A program made the position numbers and the translations under genes. From the NCBI GenBank assembly GCA_040217195.1, contig JAVJNR010000002.1:64001-128000 (forward strand): a stretch of DNA of 64,000 bases, read 5' to 3'. Shown here in pieces: positions 1 through 10,272 of this stretch. Numbering within the stretch: position 1 is the first letter of the stretch; each line of letters begins with the position of its first letter. A model generated the notes under the pieces. It made no database searches and had not been told where the DNA came from. It was given only the letters and a program-made list of their open reading frames with translations. The DNA comes from Leptospiraceae bacterium (GTDB lineage Bacteria > Spirochaetota > Leptospiria > Leptospirales > Leptonemataceae).

Positions 1-1068
1 GAAGCCATTGTTGAAAGAATCAATAATGTGGATGAGTTCGCATTGAACATCGCAGATGTGGTCAATGAAATCCACAAAGATGGATTTGGACTGAACGGCG
101 AAACCAATAAGAACTTTTTCGACGTTCGAAATCTAAGCGGCAATTCCCGTGGTATTTATGATCTGGGCCCCCAGGCAGCAAACTATGATCTAAACCAGGA
201 TGGAACTGCAGAAGTAACAGCAATTTTCCGGGTAAGTGGTGCCAATACTGTGGATCCTTCCAAGCCAGTTGGTGTGGACGGAACCCTTACTTTTTACAGG
301 AACGATGGAAAGAATACGCCTGTTTTGGTGGATTATTCTGCGGACGATACTCTGGATTCTATTATCAAGCGAATCAACGACCAGGATGCCGGAGTCGTAG
401 CTTATATGAATCATGATAATCAGCTGGCCCTGAAGGGAACAACGGCTGAAGACGATCGGCGGACCAATTTCATGATTCGTCACCTGGAGGATTCCGGGGA
501 ATTACTGGCAGGGTACACCGGAATACTTAACGCTTCCGGTCCCCAGGGTGCTTTCGATTTTCGAAGAATCGATGAAATCTCAAAGCTGCGTGCTCCATTA
601 CAGGATATTACCTTAACGCCCATCTATCATCCATCTGCATACGTAAAGGTCTCGGATGAGATTCTTAGAGATCCAGCATCCCTGGCGGGAGCCCGTGGCA
701 AGGATGTAGGGGGCACTGGAGACTATAATCAGTCCAACGGCTCTGCGGATGGAAGCAATGCTCTTCTAATTGCTGAATCTCTGAAACAGGGAAAGAACAT
801 GATAGGGCATGCAGAGAATTCTGAAGAATTCTACAATGCAGTGATATCCAAATTGGGAACAGAGAGTCGCACCGCAGAAGATGCAATTCAAAGGCATGAA
901 GACAACCTGCTTTCTTTGCGAAATCTTCGCCAGAGCGTAATGGGTGTCAGTCTCGATGAGGAAATGTCCAACATGGTTCAATTTCAGCACTCTTACAATG
1001 CGGCTGCGAAGATACTGAACAGCATGGACCAGATGCTGGATGTCATTATCAACCGAATGGGTGCTTAA
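1..1068 (+). CDS. flgK: Flagellar hook-associated protein FlgK (5'-truncated by window edge)
   Basis: Frame open from base 1; C-terminal RQSVMGVSLDEEMSNMVQFQHSYNAAAK FlgK signature; upstream of flgL. Confidence 0.95.
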   Translation, partial: EAIVERINNVDEFALNIADVVNEIHKDGFGLNGETNKNFFDVRNLSGNSRGIYDLGPQAANYDLNQDGTAEVTAIFRVSGANTVDPSKPVGVDGTLTFYRNDGKNTPVLVDYSADDTLDSIIKRINDQDAGVVAYMNHDNQLALKGTTAEDDRRTNFMIRHLEDSGELLAGYTGILNASGPQGAFDFRRIDEISKLRAPLQDITLTPIYHPSAYVKVSDEILRDPASLAGARGKDVGGTGDYNQSNGSADGSNALLIAESLKQGKNMIGHAENSEEFYNAVISKLGTESRTAEDAIQRHEDNLLSLRNLRQSVMGVSLDEEMSNMVQFQHSYNAAAKILNSMDQMLDVIINRMGA

Positions 1069-1140
1069 TTGCGGAAGTATCGGGACTATGATTTGGCTAT
1101 AGAAAAGGCTATGAATAGCCCGGGATTGGAGAACTAAACT

Positions 1141-2409
1141 ATGATGCGAACAACAGGAATTATGCAGAACAACTCGCTTGTTCGAAATCTGGAAAGACAT
1201 AAGTACGAAATGGATAAAGTCCAGAATCAACTGGCCACCGGACAGCGTATAAGCCGTCCGGGAGACGATCCATCCGCGGCTACAAACCAGATGTATTATC
1301 GCAGCCGTGTGAACGAACTGGATCAATTCGAGCAAAACATTGAAGCTGGAATGTCCAGATTGAATCATATGGATGGAGAGATGAGTCGGGTTACCGAAAT
1401 CATTCATCGAGTCAGGCAGCTAGCGGTTCAGGCCTCCAATGGTATTTACCAGGGGGACAGCGGCTTCGAACTAAAGAATGCAATCGCTAAAGAAATTGAT
1501 CAGCATTTACGCGCCTTGATTGATATTGCCAACGGCAGAGATGCCACCGGCCGACCTCTCTTTGGGGGCCATGAAGTGGATCGTCCTCCATTTGAACCCA
1601 TACTGAGTAGTATCCGAGGACTCCAGGGAATTGAACTGGATAACCAGATCGTTGGTGTGGAGTACAGGGGCGATAACGGAAAACGACTGATGGAAGTAGA
1701 GCGCAGTCAGTACATTGATGTGAACATTCCCGGAAACCAGGCTTTCTGGGGAACCAATATGACCGTAACCGGCGCCACGGACAATTCCGGATATGTAAGC
1801 ACCACGGATCAGGCATTTCGCGTTGATGGCGTAGAAGTTCGAGTGGCTGCAGGAGATACCATTGACGATATAATCGATAAGATCAATCAAGCGGGCATAG
1901 AAGTTAAGGCTTCGAAAATCGGTCAGGATTACATCAGTCTCAGTAGTACAGAGCCGCATCAAATCTGGCTTGAGGATATGGAAGGTAGCACAGTGCTACG
2001 AGATATTGGTTTGATCAGCTCGGACAATTCCGAGCCACCGAACAACTTCGCAGAAACTGCTCGAGTTAATGGCCGATCTGTATTCGATGTTCTGATCAAA
2101 TTCAGAGACGATTTGATCGCAGGAGATCAGCTGGAAATCTCTGGTCGGGACCTGGGAAACCTGGACTCAGCATTGGAAAACCTTTTAAGGTTTCGAGCCG
2201 AGGTAGGCGCCAAGCAAAATCGCATGGAAGAACACACTAAGCGAGTGGCCTGGGATAAAACCTACATGACGGAGCTTCTGGCAGAGTCGGAAGGTATTGA
2301 CGTGGCAGAGTCTATCATGAATTTGAAATGGCTGGAATCAGTTCACCAGTATGCACTGAACGTGGGTGCTCGTGTAATCAAGCCAACTCTGGTCGACTTT
2401 ATCCGATAA
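1141..2409 (+). CDS. flgL: Flagellar hook-associated protein 3 FlgL
   Basis: Flagellin-like N-terminus QLATGQRISRPGDDPSAA and C-terminus PTLVDFIR; follows flgK. Confidence 0.95.
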   Translation: MMRTTGIMQNNSLVRNLERHKYEMDKVQNQLATGQRISRPGDDPSAATNQMYYRSRVNELDQFEQNIEAGMSRLNHMDGEMSRVTEIIHRVRQLAVQASNGIYQGDSGFELKNAIAKEIDQHLRALIDIANGRDATGRPLFGGHEVDRPPFEPILSSIRGLQGIELDNQIVGVEYRGDNGKRLMEVERSQYIDVNIPGNQAFWGTNMTVTGATDNSGYVSTTDQAFRVDGVEVRVAAGDTIDDIIDKINQAGIEVKASKIGQDYISLSSTEPHQIWLEDMEGSTVLRDIGLISSDNSEPPNNFAETARVNGRSVFDVLIKFRDDLIAGDQLEISGRDLGNLDSALENLLRFRAEVGAKQNRMEEHTKRVAWDKTYMTELLAESEGIDVAESIMNLKWLESVHQYALNVGARVIKPTLVDFIR

Positions 2410-2413
2410 CCAT

Positions 2414-2851
2414 ATGCCGCAGTTAGAAACAAAGCCCTTTGGCTCCATAGAAGTAAGCGAAGAAAGTATCCTGGAATTTCCTGATGGAATTCTGGGGTTT
2501 GAGGATTATCGCCACTTTGCCATTCTTGAAGAAAAAGAAGGTCCTTTCCACTGGCTGCAAAGTGCCGATGAGTCCGGGCTGGCTTTCATAATCCTTCGTC
2601 CGGAACTGATCTTGAAAGACTATGAGCCAGTCATTCTGGATCAAGAACTGAATACCTTAAAAGTTCAGACTGTAAGTGAGTGTGAGGTCTATTTAATCGT
2701 TACCATTCCTGGCGAACATCCAGAGAAAATGACTGCGAATCTTCAAGGACCGATTCTGGTGAATCGACAGTCTAGAATGGCCAGGCAAGTAATATCCATG
2801 AATGATAGTCATCTGGTCAGGGTTCCCATTCTGGAGCTACTGGAGGCCTGA
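2414..2851 (+). CDS. fliW: Flagellar assembly factor FliW
   Basis: FPDGILGFE, PFHWLQS, MTANLQGPILVN motifs; flgL-fliW-csrA synteny. Confidence 0.95.
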   Translation: MPQLETKPFGSIEVSEESILEFPDGILGFEDYRHFAILEEKEGPFHWLQSADESGLAFIILRPELILKDYEPVILDQELNTLKVQTVSECEVYLIVTIPGEHPEKMTANLQGPILVNRQSRMARQVISMNDSHLVRVPILELLEA

Positions 2852-2852
2852 T

Positions 2853-3113
2853 TTGCTCGTACTTGCCAGAAAAATAAATGAATCTATCATGATAGGCGAT
2901 GACATTGAAATCGTCGTTGTGGATATAAAAGGCGATCAGGTGAAGCTGGGGATTCGCGCACCCAAGAATGTGGCCATCCATAGAACGGAGATTTATCAGG
3001 AAATCCAGAACCAGAACAAGGAAGCGGCTCAATCTGTATCACCGGATAAACTCAGAGACCTACAGAAACTCCTGGGTAAAGACAAAAAGACAGATGAAGA
3101 TAAATCATCCTGA
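2853..3113 (+). CDS. csrA: Carbon storage regulator CsrA (TTG start)
   Basis: MLVLARKINESIMIGDDIEIVVVDIKGDQVKLGIRAP; TTG at 2853 with GGAGG at 2842-2846. Confidence 0.95.
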   Translation: MLVLARKINESIMIGDDIEIVVVDIKGDQVKLGIRAPKNVAIHRTEIYQEIQNQNKEAAQSVSPDKLRDLQKLLGKDKKTDEDKSS

Positions 3114-3128
3114 TCCAGCAAAGCAGGC

Positions 3129-3506
3129 ATGACTGATAGATCTAACTCTCTTGCTTTGACCTTCACTCTGGCAATCTTGCTGATGCCCTTCCCCGGTTTA
3201 AGGGCTGCTCCCTATCCTCCAGTTCTCAGTGAATTTGACCTCCGTATCACCAATCGTCGTTTCGTTTCACATATTTTGTTCGAAGTTATTGGAAATCGAA
3301 AGGCCATTACTCTTCTTCTATCTCATGGACCTAACTATAACGCTTACAAGGATGTACCGCACTCCATTCATTTTTTCTGCGGAGCGACCGCACAATGCTT
3401 GCAGCTCTCCCGGAGAATTGACAGACATCTTAGAAGCGGCTACAATCTGGGACTACGCCTCCAGGGTTCCCGAATAACAAGATTGGAGTTTTTAAATCCA
3501 GAATGA
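3129..3506 (+). CDS. Hypothetical secreted protein
   Basis: 125 aa ORF with hydrophobic signal-like N-terminus; ATGA overlap with next gene. Confidence 0.65.
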   Translation: MTDRSNSLALTFTLAILLMPFPGLRAAPYPPVLSEFDLRITNRRFVSHILFEVIGNRKAITLLLSHGPNYNAYKDVPHSIHFFCGATAQCLQLSRRIDRHLRSGYNLGLRLQGSRITRLEFLNPE

Positions 3507-4831
3507 CGTCGATTACCAGAACAGATCAATTTCTTACAACGTTGCGATACCTTGTTCGACCGGTGGCAATTCAGTACGAACCACTGTTTCGAAGATTTGA
3601 AAAAAATCTAGAGCGGCTGGTCGCCATTCTAAACGGTCCTCTATTGTTTCTGTGCACCCTGTATTTTGCATTGAATGCTGGTCAGCCTCTACTGCCAGCT
3701 CTGGTCATTAGTTCGATAATAACGCTTCCGTCCTGGTCAATGTTCTTTCTTCGTGTGCCCCACCGATTTCAATCCTGGTACTACAATGGCGGTCACGGTA
3801 TAACCTTGCTGCTGCTTCTGGGCGCTTTTTACCTCTTCAATTTTCAGGATGATTCAGCTTCTGGGCCGGTGCTACTGTTCTGCTTGCTTCTACTTTTCCA
3901 AATCATTCGTCCTGGTCGATTTAAAGCTCTATCAGTTACCGGTAGTATTGTATTAATTTCGCTCTATTCCATAATAGTAGCGCCCATACTCATAAATGCA
4001 GAGCAGGCTGTATTACTGTTATTTCTTTCTGCTGTTGTATTCCTTCTTCATATTTTTGTTAACTATCTCATTCTTCGCTTTGTAGAACTGGAGCAGCACA
4101 GGATTCGCGAAGGCAATGAACTGGATCTGGCGCGACGAGTGCATGAAAGTCTCTTTCCTGCATTCTCCGGCAACGAAAGAATTCGGATCTACAAATACCA
4201 CCTACCCGAAAATCAAATAGGAGGCGATTTCTACGATCTGGTTTTCTTGCGAGAAGGAAATCTTGGAATTTTCCTGAGCGATATAAGCGGGCATGGGATT
4301 TCCAGTGCTATGATGTCGACCGCCATGAAAGTAGTGTTGAGTCGCATCCCTTACAGAAATCGTTTATCCCCATCCGCATTACTCACATCCCTGGATAAAA
4401 CCATGGCAGAGTCCTACGAAAGCCATCATGCCACCGGAGTTTATATCTTCTTCGATTTCCTAAAATCCAATGTTCTACTGGCAAATGCAGGCCATCCACC
4501 GGTCCTAATGGCAAAGACCGGCGAACCCTTCAAAGAAATCGAAACCTCGGGTAGCTTAATGGGAATGGGCATCAGGGAGCCCACTGCAGAAGAGGTTCAG
4601 ATCTCCATGAATCCAGGAGATCGGTACATTCTCTATACGGATGGGCTTCTAGAATATGAAACGAATCAGGGAACCATATCCTTTGTAGAAGATCTGGAAG
4701 AGATTTTAGGTCCGCTCAATACTTCGGATTCCAATCAGCTGCTGGAAGATATGGTGCAACAGGTTCGAAACCGGCCCGATTTTTTACGGTTCCGGGATGA
4801 TGTACTGGTTCTTGTAGCTGAAATTCAGTAG
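3503..4831 (+). CDS. Membrane-bound PP2C/SpoIIE (RsbU-like) serine phosphatase
   Basis: About 6 hydrophobic segments, then GGDFYD, DISGHG, ANAGH, YTDGL, RDD motifs. Confidence 0.9.
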   Translation: MTSITRTDQFLTTLRYLVRPVAIQYEPLFRRFEKNLERLVAILNGPLLFLCTLYFALNAGQPLLPALVISSIITLPSWSMFFLRVPHRFQSWYYNGGHGITLLLLLGAFYLFNFQDDSASGPVLLFCLLLLFQIIRPGRFKALSVTGSIVLISLYSIIVAPILINAEQAVLLLFLSAVVFLLHIFVNYLILRFVELEQHRIREGNELDLARRVHESLFPAFSGNERIRIYKYHLPENQIGGDFYDLVFLREGNLGIFLSDISGHGISSAMMSTAMKVVLSRIPYRNRLSPSALLTSLDKTMAESYESHHATGVYIFFDFLKSNVLLANAGHPPVLMAKTGEPFKEIETSGSLMGMGIREPTAEEVQISMNPGDRYILYTDGLLEYETNQGTISFVEDLEEILGPLNTSDSNQLLEDMVQQVRNRPDFLRFRDDVLVLVAEIQ

Positions 4832-5060
4832 ATCCTGGGAGATTCCCTGGAAGAGTTCCAGTAGGTTACACTCGTTTGCACGGATCTTCCGCCTAACTCG
4901 GAAATCGGAAAACAGAAGCCAAAGCCGCAATTCGAAAATCGCAGTTGGAAAGCCCAGAATCCCAGTTTTGGCACGGAGACGGTAGAGTTGTCCCCAATTT
5001 CGGAATTCAATTTCTGAAAAGAAGCCTGGTTCGAAAAGAAGCAGTATCTAACAGTAGGGA

Positions 5061-5483
5061 CTATTTTGGAGGCAATACTCTGCAGGTGCCTTTGGAAATA
5101 ATTTTCTCCTTTTGATTTTTCCAGGTCACCTTCATATCCACAGCCTTCAGTCGATCCACCTTTCGTGTAACCTCCACTTCGCAGGTAATTGTGTCTCCAG
5201 GATAGACAGCAGCCCTGTATTTTTGAGTAACCTCCAGGGCTACGGTGCCCAGACCGGGCAATTTCATCCCAAGCACCGGTGCAAGCAAGGATCCAGCCAG
5301 TCCGCCATGGGCGATTCTAGATTTGAACTCAGTGGTTTTCGCGTACTGCTCATCGATATGCACCGGATTGAAATCACCACTAATCCCAGCATATAAATAG
5401 ATATCTGTCTCTGATATAGTCTTGGTAAAAGATGCTCTGTCTCCGATTTGAATTTCTTCAAATGTCTTGCCTTTTTGGTACAT
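5061..5483 (-). CDS. MaoC-family (R)-specific enoyl-CoA hydratase/dehydratase
   Basis: SGDFNPVHID...IAHG hydratase motif; likely start MYQKGKTF at 5483 with GGAGG upstream. Confidence 0.9.
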   Translation of the reverse strand: MYQKGKTFEEIQIGDRASFTKTISETDIYLYAGISGDFNPVHIDEQYAKTTEFKSRIAHGGLAGSLLAPVLGMKLPGLGTVALEVTQKYRAAVYPGDTITCEVEVTRKVDRLKAVDMKVTWKNQKEKIISKGTCRVLPPK

Positions 5484-5501
5484 TGCTGCCTCCTGTACTG
5501 G

Positions 5502-6026
5502 ATGGAACGCCTGCATATTATCTTTCTGCGGCATCTGATTTCCGGATTGTTTATCCTGGCCCTGCCCTTTGTGGTCATTATTTCGCAAGGACTAAGAGAT
5601 TCTCAAGACCTTCTATTTTTTTTGGTTCGCCAGGCTCCGGTTATTCTAATCTGGATTCTTCTAATATCTGCTTCAGCCTATCTGGGTATACGGCATGCCA
5701 GAAATCGCATCTGGGACGGAATGATGCGAAGATACCTGGAGATGGATCAGACCACTCTGGTTCTTCACGCTGAACGCAGGATTCTGCTCAGGCTTTTTCT
5801 CAAGTGGGGTCGTTGCTTTCGCTGTCTGTCCTTCTGGTATGGAGGATTTCTTTCGGTAATTTGCTGGGCCTTTGCTATCTACCACTGGACTCCATTGACG
5901 GGCACAGTATTGATGCTGTATTTTTTCATCGTAGGTGCCTCACTGGCTGCTGCATTTTCTGCTTTGATTTTACTATTTACCTACGCAAAACACAGAGAAG
6001 ATCCTTCCCAGGACTTCTTCAGTTGA
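5502..6026 (+). CDS. Hypothetical membrane protein (about 4 TM)
   Basis: Hydrophobic ORF filling the gap between maoC and mnmE; start chosen at MERLH. Confidence 0.55.
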   Translation: MERLHIIFLRHLISGLFILALPFVVIISQGLRDSQDLLFFLVRQAPVILIWILLISASAYLGIRHARNRIWDGMMRRYLEMDQTTLVLHAERRILLRLFLKWGRCFRCLSFWYGGFLSVICWAFAIYHWTPLTGTVLMLYFFIVGASLAAAFSALILLFTYAKHREDPSQDFFS

Positions 6027-7379
6027 GATTCGGCCTGTGAGCTCACCGCAATGATGCAGTGCGGAATCGATTTCCAGGGCACAGATTTCTGCGGGAGCAT
6101 CCTGATTCCATAGACCAAGTAGCTTTTCCAGTGCCTCATCCATTCTTTGAAAATGATATCTGTGACGTTCTTCCAGAAAAAAAGGATCCACGGATTCCGT
6201 TTCTTCTTTAAGATATTCAGAAAGCTCCCTTCGTAAATCCTCCATTCCTTCACCGGATTTGCAGGAGATTTTATAGATTCGATCAGACGAGCGAATGGAT
6301 AGTTGTTCTTTCCAGGAATCCAACCTGGTACTATCGATTAGATCTGACTTGTTGAGAATATGCCAGACCGGGCGGTCCGGAAATGCCGGTTCCGGGTAAG
6401 GGTCTCTGCTTAAATCACAGACATGGAATATCAACAGGCTGCGCTCCATCTGTTGTTTGGAGCGACGCACTCCTTCCTGCTCCACATGATCTTCGGATTC
6501 TCTTAGTCCAGCGGTATCCACAAATCGCACAGGAAGACCGGCCAACTCAATTTCTTCGCTTACAAAGTCCCGCGTTGTACCTGCAATTTCGCTTACAATA
6601 CTTCTTTCCCAGCCTAGAATCTGATTGAGCAGCGATGACTTGCCTGCATTCGGGACTCCGGACAAAGCGATTTGCATTCCATCGCTAAGACGGGCAGCGC
6701 TTCTGGAACGCTCCAGGATGTCCGTAATTCGCGATCGAAGATCATTAACTCGTCCGATGGTTTGCTCTCTGGATTCGAAAGTCAGATCTTCTGTGGAGAA
6801 ATCCACCTCGGCCTCGGTCTCTGCTTTAAGATGAATTAAAGCGGAGCGAAAACGAGAAATCATTCGAGTCAATTCGCCATCATAGAGTTTACGGCTGGCA
6901 TGAAGTTCAAAGACAGACCTTGCATCAATGATACTTCTCACTCCCTCGGCTTCCAGTAGATCCAGTTTACCATTCTGGAAGGCTCGTCTGGTAAATTCCC
7001 CTGGATCAGCCGGTCTAATGCCCAGAAAATCGCAGGCTGACAGAATGAAGTGCCGTGCAATTACAGGGTTACCATGCAAAGTCACCTCGAGGGTATCTTC
7101 TCCTGTATAAGAACCAGGTCCTTGAAAGAAAGTGAATAATCCATCGTCCAGAATTCCGGGAGAGTCTTCAAAGCCTGTTTCTGGATTTTCCAGTACGTAA
7201 CAACGATAAGCCGTACCGGATTTCCAGAGCCCGGGCTGCTCCCGGGAAAAATAAGGCTTTTTGCTTCCGTTAAGAAAAAAGGCCTCTATTACCTTGCGGC
7301 AAAGAGGCCCGGAGAATCGAATCAGAGCAATGGCTCCGCGACCGGGAGCGCTGGATAATGCTACAATAGTGTCTTCGAT
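5973..7379 (-). CDS. mnmE: tRNA modification GTPase MnmE/TrmE (probable non-canonical ATC start)
   Basis: [23 protein letters not shown]-terminal FCVGK; frame extends without stops to (I)[24 protein letters not shown] at 7379. Confidence 0.95.
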   Translation of the reverse strand: MEDTIVALSSAPGRGAIALIRFSGPLCRKVIEAFFLNGSKKPYFSREQPGLWKSGTAYRCYVLENPETGFEDSPGILDDGLFTFFQGPGSYTGEDTLEVTLHGNPVIARHFILSACDFLGIRPADPGEFTRRAFQNGKLDLLEAEGVRSIIDARSVFELHASRKLYDGELTRMISRFRSALIHLKAETEAEVDFSTEDLTFESREQTIGRVNDLRSRITDILERSRSAARLSDGMQIALSGVPNAGKSSLLNQILGWERSIVSEIAGTTRDFVSEEIELAGLPVRFVDTAGLRESEDHVEQEGVRRSKQQMERSLLIFHVCDLSRDPYPEPAFPDRPVWHILNKSDLIDSTRLDSWKEQLSIRSSDRIYKISCKSGEGMEDLRRELSEYLKEETESVDPFFLEERHRYHFQRMDEALEKLLGLWNQDAPAEICALEIDSALHHCGELTGRISTEEVLGRIFSVFCVGK

Positions 7380-8068
7380 TACTCTTCTCCTTCTTCCTCG
7401 TAATACTCTTCTTCGTAGTACTCCTCTTCTACATCGTCGCCATCGGTGCGAAGAATGACTACTCGGACTCTTTTATAAAGACCATTGCCTTCAGAACGTG
7501 TAGTTACCCGGTCATCCTCTTCCAGGGTCAAATGCACGATTCTGCGCTCATAAGGATTCATGCTTTCTAGCAGTACCGAACGGCCAGACTTTGCCACCCG
7601 ATCCCCCACAGATCGCGCCAGTTTAGTCAGTTTCTTTTTTCTTCTTTCCCTATAGCGAGCTACATCTACAAGAATTCTCTTTCTCTTTTGCAGCTCTGGA
7701 GTGACCAGAAGGTTCAGCAAAAATTGAAGAGCATCCAGAGTCTTTCCCTGTCGACCGATTAGAATGCCGGAGTCTTCGGATTCAATGTGCACAATGTAGT
7801 TTTCATCTGTGTCTTCGAAATCCTCGATATCAGCATCGATGCCCATTTTATGGACCAGAGTCAGAAGCACCCCTTTAATGAGTGCTTCATCTCCAGGCTC
7901 ATTTCTGGCACTAACCCGGACTACAACAGGCTTTCGAGCCATCATGCCAAATAAGCCAGCCCCTTCCGTTTCAAATTCCAGTTCATCTTCCGGAATCCCC
8001 AGAATCTCGGAGGCTCGCTTCTGAGCATCCGACTTATTCTTGGATTCAATCTCTAGAATGTAATTCAT
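7379..8068 (-). CDS. jag: RNA-binding protein Jag/EloR/KhpB
   Basis: Jag_N, KH ([14 protein letters not shown]), R3H ([10 protein letters not shown]); yidC-jag-mnmE synteny. Confidence 0.95.
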   Translation of the reverse strand: MNYILEIESKNKSDAQKRASEILGIPEDELEFETEGAGLFGMMARKPVVVRVSARNEPGDEALIKGVLLTLVHKMGIDADIEDFEDTDENYIVHIESEDSGILIGRQGKTLDALQFLLNLLVTPELQKRKRILVDVARYRERRKKKLTKLARSVGDRVAKSGRSVLLESMNPYERRIVHLTLEEDDRVTTRSEGNGLYKRVRVVILRTDGDDVEEEYYEEEYYEEEGEE

Positions 8069-8091
8069 TTGTTTACCCTATATAAAATATT

Positions 8092-10029
8092 TCAGGCTTT
8101 TGCTGTTTCAGGCTCATCGCCCATCTTGTTGGCTGCTACCTGCCAGATGACCGAGACAATATTCTGAACTGTCCAGTACAGAGTCACCCCGCTTGGCATG
8201 GACCAGAAAAAGAAGACCATGATCACAGGCATAAAATACATAAGCATCTTTTGTTGAGGATCGGATACAACCGTGGTGAACCGCTGCTGCAGAATCTGAG
8301 ATCCAATCATCAATAGTGGAAGAATGTTTATGTGAAAATTCTGAACAAAGAACAGATCTTTGATAATATAGACCGTATCTGGCTGGGACAAATCGTTCAT
8401 CCAGAGGATAAAGGGACTTCGCCACAATTCCATGGATTCCGAGAAAGCGCTGTAAAGAGCAATAAACACAGGAATCTGAATCACCATGGGAAGGCAGCCC
8501 TTCGCAGGATTCACATTATGCTCTTTATATAGAGCCATAATTTTCTTTTGTTTTTCCTGAGGATTGTCTTTGAACTTCTCGTTAATTTTGTCCATCTCAG
8601 GTTTGAGCGCACTCATCTTCTTCATGGACTTGACCTGCATCTGGTTCAACGGCCATGTGAGTAGTTTAAACCCAACAGCTATAATGATAATAGCCCAACC
8701 GTAGTTTCCGATTAGATCGTAGATGTGGCGCATGAGCCAGACAATACCATCTCGAATCTTGGAGAAGATTGCCAGAAAAGAAGAAGTATAGATAACATCC
8801 CTTGCTTCCTCGTCGGGCTCAGACATACCGAATTCTGCCTGCATGAGCGCCGAGTCGTTGAACTGATGAGCTTCATCGCTTCGAGCACCAACGTAGATCT
8901 GGTTATCCAGGATAAGTGCATCCCTTCTTTTCTGCTCGGTAAGCATCAGCTGCCGAGTATCCCGTGGAGCTGCCGTTTCGCCGGTTCCCTGAACCTCTGT
9001 TTCCAATCCTGGAAGTTTTACTGGACCATCGCCCCGGTTTTCATCCAGACGAAACTTTTCAAAAACTGCGGTGAACGTAGATCTCCCATCCGGAGATACT
9101 CTGGCTTTCTGAACCACACCATCCGGTCTATGCCGCGGGTTCTCCGGATTCAGGAAATGGGAATAGGCAACCAGAAAACGGCTTGTGGATCCCATAAACT
9201 GCAGCGAATCCCTTTTCTCCGTATAGGCCTGATAGGGTCCTTCCGGAGCGCTACTGCAAGAAAAGAAACTTCCGCCAGATCCACCGGCTCCCTGAGTCTG
9301 TGTCAGGGAATCATTGTAATAGAAGAAACGACCGTAGGCCTGAAGAACACGACTATTCTCTGAAACCGGCGGAGGACCCAGGTCTCCAAAAGTGCGAAAG
9401 AATAGATCTCCACCGAGGATGAAAGGCTTGTTTTCAAGGTTTCGCAGTACCGTGATCTGACGAAAGAATCGTTCCCCCTGAAAGAATCGAAATACCTTTA
9501 CCAGCTCCAGTCTATGACCCAGGAATTTCAATGGAAGTTTGAAACGAACTTCCGTAACCTTGCCCTGAGTAATCGGGCCTTCCATATTGAATCGTCCTGA
9601 GTTCAGCAATGGATTTCCCAATCGCTCTTCCAGTGGAGGACTGTAATAAAGATGAGGCTGAAAATCCATTCCGAAGCCTCGGGTCACTTCCAGAGCCTGG
9701 TATTTCTTAACCAGTGGATCCTCGGACTCTTCAATCAGTGCTTCCGGAACATGCAGCAGATTGCTCTTCTTTAGATAGAGGCGGGCTATGCGACCACCTT
9801 CAGTAGTAACAACATACACAGCCCGATCCGTTTCGATTATGGTTTCCCGGCCATTTCCTGTGTTGAAATCAAAATCATTCCGTTTCTCTGCTGGAACAAG
9901 AGGAACATTCTCTGGACCGGCGGGCTCATCTTCGCCCATAAACTGGAACATAAAGAACGTCGCAGCCCCCAGTAGCAATACTGGAATCAGTGACGTCAGG
10001 GATCCTGGATTTTTCTTTTCCTCGCTCAT
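8092..10029 (-). CDS. yidC: Membrane protein insertase YidC
   Basis: GNYGWAII, NPAKGCLPMVIQIPVF, WMNDLSQPD, PSGVTLYW. Confidence 0.97.
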   Translation of the reverse strand: MSEEKKNPGSLTSLIPVLLLGAATFFMFQFMGEDEPAGPENVPLVPAEKRNDFDFNTGNGRETIIETDRAVYVVTTEGGRIARLYLKKSNLLHVPEALIEESEDPLVKKYQALEVTRGFGMDFQPHLYYSPPLEERLGNPLLNSGRFNMEGPITQGKVTEVRFKLPLKFLGHRLELVKVFRFFQGERFFRQITVLRNLENKPFILGGDLFFRTFGDLGPPPVSENSRVLQAYGRFFYYNDSLTQTQGAGGSGGSFFSCSSAPEGPYQAYTEKRDSLQFMGSTSRFLVAYSHFLNPENPRHRPDGVVQKARVSPDGRSTFTAVFEKFRLDENRGDGPVKLPGLETEVQGTGETAAPRDTRQLMLTEQKRRDALILDNQIYVGARSDEAHQFNDSALMQAEFGMSEPDEEARDVIYTSSFLAIFSKIRDGIVWLMRHIYDLIGNYGWAIIIIAVGFKLLTWPLNQMQVKSMKKMSALKPEMDKINEKFKDNPQEKQKKIMALYKEHNVNPAKGCLPMVIQIPVFIALYSAFSESMELWRSPFILWMNDLSQPDTVYIIKDLFFVQNFHINILPLLMIGSQILQQRFTTVVSDPQQKMLMYFMPVIMVFFFWSMPSGVTLYWTVQNIVSVIWQVAANKMGDEPETAKA

Positions 10030-10044
10030 TTTACCTACCTGAAT

Positions 10045-10272
10045 TTATGAATGCTTGCAATCCTCATGGTTTTCCGGATGATTTTCGGGAAACACAGGGT
10101 CAAAGTAACCACTGGACATTGGATTACATCTTGCTATGCGCCAGAGACTCTTACCGGTGGCCTTCCAGAATGGAAGATACTGGTAACATTCCATTGCATA
10201 CTCGGAACAACTTGGATAAAATCTGCACCTTCCCGGCAACCAGGGAGAGATGGCTAATTTGTAGAATTTAAT
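10045..10272 (-). CDS. yidD: Membrane protein insertion efficiency factor YidD (start uncertain)
   Basis: IKFYKLAISPWLPGRCRFYPSCSEYA...RIARCNP...GYFDP; nearest ATG (10407) lies deep in rnpA, ATT at 10272 matches usual N-terminus. Confidence 0.85.
   Translation of the reverse strand: MKFYKLAISPWLPGRCRFYPSCSEYAMECYQYLPFWKATGKSLWRIARCNPMSSGYFDPVFPENHPENHEDCKHS

Noticed and set aside
1094..1111. Possible sigma54 promoter before flgL (TTGGCT...GC)
   Set aside because: GG-to-GC spacing is 11 rather than 10, and there is no TTGC element.
5973..7085. mnmE as an N-terminally truncated pseudogene
   Set aside because: The frame continues intact to 7379 with the conserved N-terminus; only the start codon is atypical.
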